A program made the translations under genes and the position numbers. Below are positions 40,869 through 53,595 of a stretch of DNA of 64,000 bases, piece after piece. Source of the stretch: Octopus vulgaris (Eukaryota); contig OX597825.1 in the NCBI GenBank assembly GCA_951406725.2, positions 24,738,001-24,802,000 of the forward strand, written 5' to 3'. How positions within the stretch are numbered: the stretch's first letter is position 1; each line of letters starts with the position of its first letter. A model generated the notes under the pieces. That model made no database searches and was not told where the DNA came from. It saw nothing but the letters and a program-made list of their open reading frames with translations.

Positions 40869-40933
40869 CCATGCTGATGATGGCTGCAGTTTTCCTTGCG
40901 GAAAATAACAGCTGAAACTAAGTTAGTACATGG
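40869..40933 (+). ncRNA. Type I hammerhead ribozyme
   Basis: CCATG-CTGATGA-T-GGCTG..TTTTCC TTGC GGAAAA..CAGCT-GAAA-CTAAGTTA-GTA-CATGG: stems I, II and III and a GUA cleavage triplet are all present. Confidence 0.8.
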
Positions 40934-41178
40934 GTAATTATTTTATTTCGTATATTTTTCACTTATTTATTGCTATGGTTTTGTGTTGAGTTTGATCTGA
41001 GAACATAATCTTTGTGGTGAATGACGATTTGACGTCTATATCTAGCATGTTGACTGTCCACTTTTCGTGTTCAGTCCTTAATTGGTATATATAAATATTT
41101 TAATCTTCGGATTCTCTTTTAATATGCTAGACCACTGGTCTTAATTGATAAATATCAATTTCTACCCTTAATTAATTG

Positions 41179-41259
<81 letters not shown>

Positions 41260-41276
41260 ATATATATATATATATA

Positions 41277-41464
41277 TTCTTTTATTCTTTTATTTGGTTC
41301 AGCCATTTGACTGTTACCATGCTGGAGCACTAGCTTTAGTCAAACAAACTGACTGCAGGACTTATTCTTTGTAAGCCTAGTACTTATTTTATTGGTCTTT
41401 TTTGCCAAACTACTAAGTTATGGGGACACCAACATCAGTTGTCAAGGATTGTGAGAGGACAAAT

Positions 41465-41509
<45 letters not shown>

Positions 41510-41673
41510 CAACTGGCTTCTTTCAGTTCTTGTCTCCCAGATCCACTCACAAGGTTTTGGTTTGCCTGAGGCTATAGTAGAAGACACTTGCTCAAGGTGT
41601 CACGCAGTAGGACTGAACCCGGAACTATGAGGTTGGTAAGCAAGCTTCTTACCACACAGCCATTCCTGTGCCT
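41277..41673 (-). mobile_element. SINE family A copy
   Basis: Colinear with 6509-6923. Confidence 0.85.
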
Positions 41674-41796
41674 GTATTTTTATATACATATATGTATGCA
41701 TATATATTAATGCATAGACATGTGAATACACACACGCACACATAAATATTTACACACACATATATATATACTTATATTCACATCAACTTAAACGTA

Positions 41797-42008
<212 letters not shown>

Positions 42009-42885
42009 TTTGATTTGAATTGTAAAGTTACTTTTATTTTGATACATTATCATATATTTACTTTTTTTAGTCTGTTGTGATATCTTTTAGAAAAAATTAA
42101 AAAAACAGAATGGTGTTACTTAGTGATAAGAGTAGTCTTTGTGAAAATAATATATGTTATATTAATGCATTAAGTATTAACTATTACATAAAAGAGATTT
42201 TTATTTTTCCTTCAGAAGTATAATAATTAAGATGGTTTACTTCAAATGTTTTATATAATAATACAGAGTTAAGCATTTGGATTTTTTTTTTATGGTTTTG
42301 GCCAGTCAGCTTAAATGTTTATATCGCAAAAAAAAATTAATAGACTGAACTCTATATTGAATATTCAATAGCATTTGGTTATGTCTGAATATATATTGTA
42401 TCATAATGTTAGACGAAATGCTAACGTAATAACTTTTTATATTTAGGCTATGCATGAATTGCAATATAGAAAAAAAAAACTGGTTGTGATATATCTATTT
42501 CATCGATGGGACAATATACAATATAAGCTCTTTATATTTAAGTAGATATAATGTTCAATAGTTCTTATCTATATATATATATATGATATAATTAATGTGC
42601 CCTAAAAGTGAATGTAATTATTTATTTTAATGAAATGTTTTTAGAAACGTACACACCTTGGTAACAGAAATTGGTGAAAACATGCTCTCCTTTAGAAAAA
42701 AAACTTTTTTTATCGAAATAAGCATTTATTATTTATTTTCTTGCTGATAATTGTATATATAATATGTTCATATATATGCATATTATGTATATATGCATAT
42801 GCTTGTGTGTGTGTATATCTATATCTATCTATATATATATACATATACATATATATATATATATATATGTATGTATACATATATA

Positions 42886-42920
<35 letters not shown>

Positions 42921-43325
42921 GTGTGTGTATGTGTGTATGTATATATACACACACACACACATATATATATAATTTACACACTACTATTTATAGCTCTTAA
43001 ATTCCAATATTAAAATCGAAATAAGTGACAGGGTGCATGTGTTTGTGTGTACGTTTTTGCATGTGTGAATGTGTGCACATGTATGTAAACCTATACATGC
43101 AGACAAACATGCACACACACATACGCAACACACACACACACACATGCATATATATTGGTTTACTTTTCCTTTTCCTTTAATATATACCTGCTGATTTGGA
43201 AGCCACCTCCAGGCCCCTTGTTCCAGCCTCAGCTGTGAACTTGGAACCTTACGGATGACCATTTATAGCACTTACTTAGTGTACCTATTCGTTTATATTA
43301 TCAGTGAACTAAACCCCACCATATT

Positions 43326-43364
<39 letters not shown>

Positions 43365-43655
43365 ATAATAATATTAGGGAGTATAACTCCAAACTTACAG
43401 GGAAAAATTCAATTTAGTATTAAATCAAATTTCACAATATAGATATATAATATATATAAATTAGAGAAAACTATTATTATGTAATACAAACAATGATAGA
43501 TATAAACCATATCATACAGAAAAAATAAAATATATAAAACTTTTTGTGATCTAGTTATATGTTTTATAATATATTTTATTTTTTCTATATGATATGGTTT
43601 ATGTCTATCTTTGTTTGAATTACATATTAGTGGTTTTTCTCTAATTTATATATAT
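43365..43655 (-). mobile_element. Asymmetric AT-rich fold-back element in (TA)n (tail on left), related to 62455-62816
   Basis: Inverted arms ~43450-43540 and ~43562-43655; tail TCCAAACTTACA.GGAAAAA..TTCAATTTAG shared with 62475. Confidence 0.75.
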
Positions 43656-43754
43656 GTATATATATAGAATATGATGGGTTTATACATGTATATATAAATA
43701 TATATATATGTATGTGTATATATATATATATATATATATACACATACATATGTT

Positions 43755-43793
<39 letters not shown>

Positions 43794-44272
43794 GCATATG
43801 TTTATATATATACATGTATGTATATATATAATACATATTTATATACACACATGCACACACACATATGCATATATATACCCACACATGTGTGTATGTGTGA
43901 TATCAAGAGTAATTATTTTTATCGTATGATATTTATTTACTTCTATATAAAAGAGACTCCAGAGCATTAAGCAATCATACCACTTATTTGAACAACTAAA
44001 TAGTTGATAACATTAATATATAACACAGTTTGAAACGCTGTAACTAATACATTAGATGTCTGAACAATATGAATTAAAATCCAAAAATGATTTCGTATGG
44101 TTCTAGTTATTATTATTTGGATTATAAAGTTCCTGAATCATTCTGAGATAAGCATTTCTATCTCATCTATCTGAGCAAGACTTTAACAAACAACAGTTAT
44201 TTTCATTTCTAGCTATTTTTCTTCCCTTTCCTCCCACCCCACTGTTTCTTGGCATATTCCTAGAATAAGTAA

Positions 44273-44351
<79 letters not shown>

Positions 44352-44354
<3 letters not shown>

Positions 44355-44908
44355 GCCCTGATGCAGTACCAGGCAGTGGCTCTCATGGCTTCTGATCTTA
44401 ACTGATTGGAAGTGTTATCATGTACATTGTTTTGTCTTGGTATAAAAGATGGGCTACAGCAAATATTCTGCTCAATAACACAGATTTGCTTGTCAGTTGT
44501 TTGACCTTAACCAGTTGAGCATGTCCCTTAGTGGCTGACGATATGTGCATCTCTGATCACGAGCAGAAGTAGTGGGGGAGCATCATAGTCATGTGTTGAG
44601 AAGGATTCTTTGGGGTTTGAATAATTCACCTCTGGAAACATGGGTGTTTCGTTCAACGTCCTTAAACAACCCTTATTCAGGGACCTTTTGAGCGGGATAG
44701 GTTACTCGATCTGAAGAAAATTCTAACTGGGCTCCACCTGCAAGGTCATGTGCTGTTTATCTTGATATGAGATCACCATGTCGCGCACATACGGTTGTGA
44801 TGCATGTGCCTGGTGTACCCTTATCAGACGGGTAGTCATGATGGGTATACTGGGCTTCGTATATTTTACCCCAGTGTCACTTTGATGGCATGCTCTACTC
44901 GCTCACTC
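44352..44908 (+). mobile_element. (TAA)n-inserted ~557-bp element, copy 2
   Basis: End-to-end similarity with 3594-4150. Confidence 0.8.
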
Positions 44909-45120
44909 AATAATAATAATAAGAAGAAGAAGAAGAAGAAGAAGAGCAATTTTGGGGGAAGGGGATGAGTTGATTACATCAACCCCAGTATTTCACTGGT
45001 ACTTATTTTATCGACTCCAAAAGAATGAAAGGCTAAGTCGGCCTCGGTGGAATTTGAACTCTTGTGAAATACTGCTAAGCATTTCATCCAGTGGACTAAC
45101 GATTCTGCCAGCTCACCACC

Positions 45121-45163
<43 letters not shown>

Positions 45164-45477
45164 TAATTATTATTATTATTATTATTACTATTATTATTAT
45201 TATTGTTATTATTATATGAGTATGTCTTTGTTTAGCACCCGCCACCGCTTGAGAACTTGTGCTGGTGTGTAGCTTAACGGTTTAGGAACTAGAAATTGAT
45301 AGGATAAGAATTAAGCTTTAAAATATTCTTCAAGATAGTGTCCAGCATGGCCATGGTCTAATGACTGAAACAAGTAAAAGATAACGGATACATATATTGA
45401 GTTTCATAACCTATTTTATCAAATGACACAGCATAAAGCTGAAGCCTTTAAGACTCGAATCTCCACAACGGCAACGC

Positions 45478-46701
45478 ACCTATTTTTCTGCAAGCACTAC
45501 CAATATGAGGATTTGAATCCAGTACTGCAGCTAACAAACTACTGGTCTTAGTATGTATTTCACGTATCATTGTTACTGTCAGAACATTACTTCTGTCTTC
45601 ATAAAGGTTTTGAGACTCAGCACTTCGTACACCTATTTTTCTGCAAGCACTACCAATACAAGGATTTGAACCCAGCACTGCAGCTAACAAACTACTGGTC
45701 TTAGTATGTATTTCATGTATCATTGTTACTGTCAGAACATTACTTCTGTCTTCATAAAGGTTTTGAGACTCAGCACTTCGTACACCTATTTTTCTGCAAG
45801 CACTACCAATACAAGGATTTGAACCCAGCACTGCAGCTAACAAACTACTGGTCTTAGTATGTATTTCATGTATCATTGTTACTGTCAGAACATTACTTCT
45901 GTCTTCATAAAGGTTTTGAGACTCAGCACTTCGTACACCTATTTTTCTGCAAGCACTACCAATACAAGGATTTGAACCCAGCACTGCAGCTAACAAACTA
46001 CTGGTCTTAGTATGTATTTCATGTATCATTGTTACTGTCAGAACATTACTTCTGTCTTCATAAAGGTTTTGAGACTCAGCACTTCGTACACCTATTTTTC
46101 TGCAAGCACTACCAATACAAGGATTTGAACCCAGCACTGCAGCTAACAAACTACTGGTCTTAGTATGTATTTCACGTATCATTGTTACTGTCAGAACATT
46201 ACTTCTGTCTTCATAAAGGTTTTGAGACTCAGCACTTCGTACACCTATTTTTCTGCAAGCACTACCAATACAAGGATTTGAACCCAGCACTGCAGCTAAC
46301 AAACTACTGGTCTTAGTATGTATTTCACGTATCATTGTTACTGTCAGAACATTACTTCTGTCTTCATAAAGGTTTTGAGACTTAGCACTTCATACACCTA
46401 TTTTTCTGCAAGCACTACCAATACAAGGATTTGAACTCAGTACTGCAGCTAACAAACTACTGGTCTTAGTATGTATTTCACGTATCATTGTTATTGTCAG
46501 AACATTACTTCTGTCTTCATAAAGGTTTTGAGACTTAGCACTTCATACACCTATTTTTCTGCAAGCACTACCAATATGAGGATTTGAACCCAGCACTGCA
46601 GCTAACAAACTACTGGTCTTAGTATGTATTTCACATATCATTGTTATTGTCAGAGCATTACTTCTGTCTTCATAAAGGTTTTGAGACTTAGCACTTCATA
46701 C
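45478..46701. repeat. Tandem array of 8 x 153-bp units
   Basis: ACCTATTTTTCTGCAAGC recurs at 45478, 45631, 45784, 45937, 46090, 46243, 46396 and 46549; central units nearly identical. Confidence 0.97.
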
Positions 46702-47479
46702 AAGAGAGAAGGGGTGATAGAAGGAGATAGAGAGCGAGAGAGGGACACACTCATTAATTATTCCCTTCTGTTGCCTGACAGCATGGATGGTTTTTCTTTC
46801 TCTTCCGTCAAGTAACACTCAAGCAGTTGAGAGGTTATTCCTTCGTACTTTGTCATCAGTAATACTTGACACTTAACACTGTAATGACTGAGCCGAGTAG
46901 ACAGTAAATAAATACTACAGCTTGATTATGATTCACAAATATATTTCTAATGGCAGTAATTATGAAATTCCCGAGTAATTCTTCAGTGTGCGCAGAGCAA
47001 AAGGACAGAAACTTACAAGCAGAGAGATGAGGAGAGGGTTGGGCAGAGAAGAAAGAGAGACAGAAAGAGAGAGAGGTGGAGGTGCTGATTCCGATGGGAG
47101 AAATCAGTCCTGAAATAGATCAGCATCCTAATCTGTATGAAGATTTATACTGCATGCCTCGTTTGCTTAATGTTATAGAAATCAGCCATTTGTATCCGCA
47201 TGATTTAGGAAAAATTACCATTTTCTATTGAAACAGTGGTAAACAGCATCTCTCTCTTTCTCTCTGTTTGTGTAAAGAAAGACTGACAAATGAATGCTTC
47301 TGGTTTTTGATTTTTAAGAATGACCATTCAACAGGGTGTAAATTAATAAAAAGGCCTTCCTTAAGTTAGTTGATAAACAGTTTCCTCCCAGACACAAGTA
47401 CAGAAAACTTTTAAACAGACATACACTTAAAATCTCCTTCAGTTATACATACAACATGAAGAGAATCTTTTCATATAAG

Positions 47480-47830
47480 CCCAGCCATAGCCCTGAGGTC
47501 AGTTGTTCTTGTAGAGGCAACACCACTTGCCTGCTCAATGATTACCACAACACAGAGTCCATTATGTATTAGACAGAATTCAAGTTCAGAGGACTACACA
47601 ACACATTCAACTTAAAGCCTGACATCATTGCATCCATCATAAAGCAATGATATCAAATGGAAGCTATTAGCGAAATACAAGCTTTACTCTATTGGTAGCA
47701 GAAGATACAGATTGTGTTTAGCAGAAAAAAGGGTGATAATTAAGAACACCCTCATACCCACTAAGTACCTAAATACCAAATTGGAGATATTTATACCTTG
47801 TTGACATGGACAGAATTATATTCTCAATAT
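47480..47830 (+). pseudogene. Decayed PLE GIY-YIG C-terminal fragment
   Basis: IKWKLLAKYKLYSIGSRRYRLCLAEKRVI...YLNTKLEIFIPC*H matches I.W.I...Y..GS..C.LC..EK..I...LN.R.E....C.H. Confidence 0.7.
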
Positions 47831-47995
47831 TGGACCAATCATCATAGAGGAATCAGCAACAGCACTTCCTTCCTTTCCACTACTGCATGCAACCAACCCT
47901 TCATTCATTTATTAATCCATTCATTCGTTAAATTTTTCGAACCCTTCTTCATTCATTCCTTCTTTTCTGTCTTCCTCTCTCTCTCTATGTGTATG

Positions 47996-48033
<38 letters not shown>

Positions 48034-48118
48034 TAGGGAAAGTTTACGAAAAAAACAAAAGACGAAGACAGGTGGTGTACAAAACAAACAGATGTATAGC
48101 ACTCAGAAATAGAAAAAG

Positions 48119-48155
48119 TCTTTTACGTTTCGAGCCTACGCTCTTCTACAGAAAG
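48119..48155 (-). ncRNA. Minimal hammerhead-like fold with variant core CUGUAGA, in element ~48030-48280
   Basis: Minus strand CTTT-CTGTAGA-A-GAGC GTAG GCTC-GAAA-C-GTA-AAAG. Confidence 0.6.
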
Positions 48156-49581
48156 GAACACAGAAAAAACAAGGAGAGAAAAAAAATGTGTGTAGTGGCT
48201 AACGATCTATCATGGTGACTGACTCGGACAGAAGGGTCACACACGAGAGGGAAAGTAGGAGAGATAACAAAGTAAACAATGATGATGATGATATACATAT
48301 ATACATACATATACATATCCTCCTCCTCCTCTGATTCTCCCCATCTCTTTTCTTGTAATTTTCTATCCTTTAGTCTCCTTTTTTCTGGCACTTGGATTCC
48401 AGCAGTTTCCCCTAGCAAAGAAAATAATTCTTCAGTCCTCAATTACGAGTTACTCCCCCTATGCTAACAACTCTTAGCAATGAAAATATTTTCTTTACAA
48501 CCATTTCATATACTGCCCTCAAAAGCATTGCGAGGAGGGCTTCCATAGCAGCCGTATTTTGCTGTGTGCTCAGCCAAAATCCATAACGTGTACACCCGAT
48601 GAGTGTAAGGCAATATGATGAGGAAGTGGGAGGCATATTGCCTTGTTTGTTACTTTGATCATCATGAATATATAAAGTGGTTGGCATTCAGAAGTGCATC
48701 AAGCTGTAGGGACCATGCTGAAACAGACTGTGGATCTCAGTGCAGTTCTCTGACTAGCCAACTCCTGTCAAACTGCCCACCCAATGTTAGTATGGAAGGT
48801 GTACATTAAATGATGATAATGATGATGATGACGATGATGATATATATATGTGTATATAGATATAGATATATATATATAGTTAATCCAAACATGAAAACAC
48901 AAAGGGAAAACACAACAACGCGAGGATGTGGAATAAGTATAGTGTTATTGGACGCTCAGGAAAGGAAAGAAAGAAGGAGGATTTAATGTTTCGAGCGGGG
49001 CTCTTTGTCGGAAACATAGAAAAAGGAAAGATTCAAGGAAAGGAAAATGGAGGAAAAAAAATCGCCAACGATACACATGCGGTCACATATATATAAACAC
49101 ATACATGCATACGTACATACAGACAGACATACATACTTATGTATGTTTGTATGTATGTATGTATGTATGTATATATGTATGTATGTACGTGTATATGGTG
49201 CTGTTGTCTATATGGGTTACAGGGGTTAAGTACTGTGCCTTTGGGTATGGAACATCTAGGCCTAAGGTGGTAAATCTAGATTGTCAGCTGCCAGTCGCTT
49301 GAAGTTAATTAACAGGGGTTAATAAGATAGTTCATGCTTCCAATTATTGGACATTGCAGGTTGGTGTAGTATATGTAGTCTCTCATGGATGCAGAGTTGG
49401 CAATTGTAGGTTCAAGTGGAGTACAGATGAACCCCGTCAATGGTACTCCATTTGATGTTGGAGAAATCATTCCAATGGTCATGGAGTCTTCACATAAAAC
49501 AGACAGGTAAGTGAATTCTCCCTATATATTTATGTGTGTGTGTGTGCAATATACAAGTATATAGGTACATGCATATATGTA

Positions 49582-49612
<31 letters not shown>

Positions 49613-49894
49613 ACATATTTATATATATATGTATGTATATACATATATATATATATATAATGTATATCACCATTATTGTTTAACATCCACCTTCCATGCT
49701 GGCATACGTACATATGTACACATATAGCTACTGCCTCAATATAAAGAACATTATAACTTGTAAAAATCACCAAGAGCCCACTCCCAGCTGTATCTGTCAA
49801 GACCCTGAAGTTTGCCACTTGACCAGGCATGTATGATAAGCTCCATCGTATATGAGGCAGAAGTAACAGCAATGCTTCAAGATAACTTAATTAA

Positions 49895-50225
49895 AACAAA
49901 GAATTACATCAGGTTATATGATGGTGATTTCAACAAACATTATGCAAACCACCTATCTTAGTTCTGGCTCATTAACAAAAGTTATGACACTAAATTGGCT
50001 AGCCGTATATGGAGTCTGAAGACCAGCTCCATACCACATATAATCAAGTGAAGTATGGAGAAATTTGATCCATATCTTAATGGATCTAAAAAATGCAATT
50101 TATGTATAGCAGAAAGATTTCATATTCATCTTAGATCTAAGAATTCCAACACACAGCTTAATTCCAGATCTGAACTTTTTAGTAGGTGCAAACACATGGA
50201 CAAGTTTCTTTTGTTGAACAAGAGG
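49895..50225 (+). pseudogene. PLE GIY-YIG endonuclease C-terminal relic
   Basis: NYIRLYDGDFNKHYANH.S*F...TKLASRIWSLK...IK*S...PYLNGSKKCNLCIAERFHI...LNSRSELFSRCKHMDKFLL. Confidence 0.8.
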
Positions 50226-50497
50226 ACACCACCCACTACAAATTCAATTGATGTCTTGCAGACTTTTATATATCTTCTATTATTTTGTTCTGTACCAACT
50301 GCATTGATAGTGGTTTCTAAAATCAGGGTGGTCAGAGGACCTGGGACTTCTTGCTTTTGTTTCTTTATTCTCATTCCATTTTTTTTTGCATCAATCTTTT
50401 TTGTGTTTTTCTACTTGTTCTTTTTCTCTTTCGTCACTGTCCAGTATCCTTATAACACATAAACAAAGCAATAAAGATTACTTGGAGATATTACGCT

Positions 50498-50723
50498 TTA
50501 CTCTTTTACTCTTTTACTTCTTTCAGTCATTTGACTGTGGCCATGCTGGAGCACCGCCTTTAATCAAGCAACTCGACCCCGGGACTTATTCTTTTGTAAG
50601 ACCAGTACTTATTCTATCGGTCTCTTTTGCCGAACCGCTAAGTAACGGGGACGTAAACACACCAGCATCGGTTGTCAAGCAATGCTAGGGGGACAAACAC
50701 AGACACACAAACACACACACGCA

Positions 50724-50763
<40 letters not shown>

Positions 50764-50925
50764 TACAACGGGCTTCTTTCAGTTTCCGTCTACCAAATCC
50801 ACTCATAAGGCTTTGGTTAGCCCGAGGCTATAGTAGAAGACACTTGTCCAAGGTGTTCTTGGGACTGAACCCGGAACCATGTGGTTGGTAAACAAGCTAC
50901 TTACCACACAGCCACTCCTGCACCT
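50498..50925 (-). mobile_element. SINE family A copy (well preserved)
   Basis: Colinear with 6509-6923; CpGs retained. Confidence 0.88.
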
Positions 50926-51209
50926 ATATGACACATTTTATAAATATGCCTATTTAAAGTATCATAAAAGCATGAAACTTTTAGTAGCTCTTTTGGTATG
51001 TGCATTAAGTTGATATATATACATACATATGTAAATACATATATATACACACGCACACACACACACACAAACACACTCACACACATATATGTGTATCATT
51101 CTAATAAGGCTAAGTGAAATTTCCCTCTAAACATATTATACACACACAAAAATATACACATGCAAATGTGAGTATGTATGTATACTAAACATTCATATAC
51201 ATACATACA

Positions 51210-51291
<82 letters not shown>

Positions 51292-52326
51292 TATATATCA
51301 ATATATACATACAGACATACATTCATATGAATGTATAAATATGCATGCAGGCTTATATATAAGTATCTACCAATACATATACATATTTGAGCATACATGT
51401 ATGTATGTATAAATGACTGGATATAAATATGTATGTATACAGCATCAGATATTTGATTCTTATATCGGTTTACATTTTTTCCAGAAGAATATCAAACTAA
51501 CAGCATCATTTTTATTACACATATTAAGATCAAAACTTATTTTATTACTATTGTTTCTAAAATTTATTCATCACATCGATATTTTTCTTTTGTTTCAATT
51601 ATGAATTCAAAAATTTGGGCATAAAATCAAATCAAAAGTGTAAAATAGTGTTTTTCTTGTCAGGATAGTATTTCGTTGTTTTGTGTTTTTGTTATAAAGA
51701 AAAGGAAAAAGGAGACATACTGTTTCATACATGTGGCAACACCATTACCCTAAAATAGTTTTGGTGTTTCTTTCTTTTTTTTTTGTTAATCTCTATTAAT
51801 TAGAGTAGATGTTAACTGTAAAATTTATTTTCTTTTCTCAATGCCTATAGTTTAGTCTTGCTGCTTAAAGTTACAATCTTCAAACTATTAAATAGATTTC
51901 TAGGAAAAATAAACAAAAAATAAACAAAAAATAAACTACCTATATATGCAGTAAATATATAAATATATACATATCATAATTATATATACATACATACATA
52001 CATATATATATATATATATTATTTATTTATATATATATATATAAACTTACTTGAAAAACGATGCGTGGCATTCAATCATATAAATAATAGTATATAAATG
52101 CATATATATACTTATATATATGTACATACGTGTTTTCATTTCTCATTGTGTTCAACGTTTTTTTTCATGTCCTGTATCCATATATATATGCATGTATATA
52201 TACATATATATATGTAGGTATGTACATATATGTATGTATACATGCATATATTTATATATTATTTATATTATTATATGATCGAATGCCCCGCATCCTTTTC
52301 CAAGTAAGTTTTATCTTAATAATTAC

Positions 52327-52335
52327 GACGATGAC

Positions 52336-52389
<54 letters not shown>

Positions 52390-52472
52390 GGTGGTGGTGG
52401 TGGTGATGATGATGATGATGATGATGGTGGTGGTGATGATGATGATGATGATGAGGAGGAGGAGGAGGAGGA
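52327..52472. repeat. (GAT)n/(GGT)n/(GAG)n compound microsatellite
   Basis: Direct observation. Confidence 0.95.
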
Positions 52473-52748
52473 GGGGGATCTAGCTTTGTTCATTTAATTC
52501 TTTTTTTCTCAATCATTAACTAAGCCAGTGTGTAACCATTACACTCCATAAGCACAGAGTAGAAGCCTAATATACTTGGATATAAATATTCGATATATTA
52601 TATGTTCAATGGATACTCTATCTATCTTTATATTTTTCGAATCTATTGACGATGTAATTTTATTACCATTATGGTACATAAGCAAAGAGTGTAGACCGAA
52701 CAATTCACTGAGCTACACAGACATAAAAATTCTATTTCTGTTTCATGT

Positions 52749-52832
<84 letters not shown>

Positions 52833-53020
52833 AAAGAGAGGGTGAGGGTGAGAGAGAGAGAGAGAGAGAGAGACAGGGAAAGAAAGGGTGAGGGTGAGAG
52901 AGAGAGAAATAGATAGAGATATAAAGATACAGCTAGATATATGTACATATATATTTGTATATGCACATATGTATATGCATATATATACACACACACATAT
53001 TTACATATGTACATATATTC

Positions 53021-53090
<70 letters not shown>

Positions 53091-53125
53091 ATTTATATGT
53101 ATATGCATATATATGTAAATATATA

Positions 53126-53178
<53 letters not shown>

Positions 53179-53595
53179 ATACATATGTATATATGTGTGT
53201 GTGTGAATGTATGTATATGCAGATATATATGTGTGCATATATATGTTATATATGTATGAAAGCATATATATATATATATATATATATTATCAATGGTATA
53301 TTTTTTGATCAATTAACTATAGAATCGATTTATTAATGAGCAATGATTCAGGATTATTCATAAATTCATTTAATTTTCTAAAAAAAAAAAAAAAAAAGAA
53401 ATGTCTGCAGGGTATGTAGAACAGCATTTTTGAAACTAACAAACGCCAGATCACCACCACCACAACCACCACCACCACCACCACCACCACCACCACCACC
53501 ACAACCACCACCACCACCACCACTGCAACCACTACAACCACCAAAAAATTATTAGTGGAATTCTTTGCTAACCCCTTCCTTCCACCCATCATTAA

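Larger units (their letters stand above)
40351..41179 (+). mobile_element. 735-bp spacerless palindrome (40351-41085) plus 94-bp tail, inside (TA)n; hammerhead-bearing PLE-like fold-back element
   Basis: Arms differ by about one substitution and one 1-nt indel; centre GCTAATAA|TTATTAGC at 40718/40719. Confidence 0.92.

Noticed and set aside
45448-46335. 295-aa ORF with 51-aa repeats
   Set aside because: Results from a stop-free frame in a 153-bp unit; variant units carry an in-frame TAA; no splice context or recognisable domain
45478-46701. CRISPR-like array
   Set aside because: Units are wholly repeated with no unique spacers; eukaryotic context and no cas genes. The same applies to the 54.5-kb minisatellite
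46760-46990. miRNA or conserved enhancer in unique-looking sequence
   Set aside because: No convincing hairpin or recognisable mature miRNA; conservation cannot be judged from one sequence
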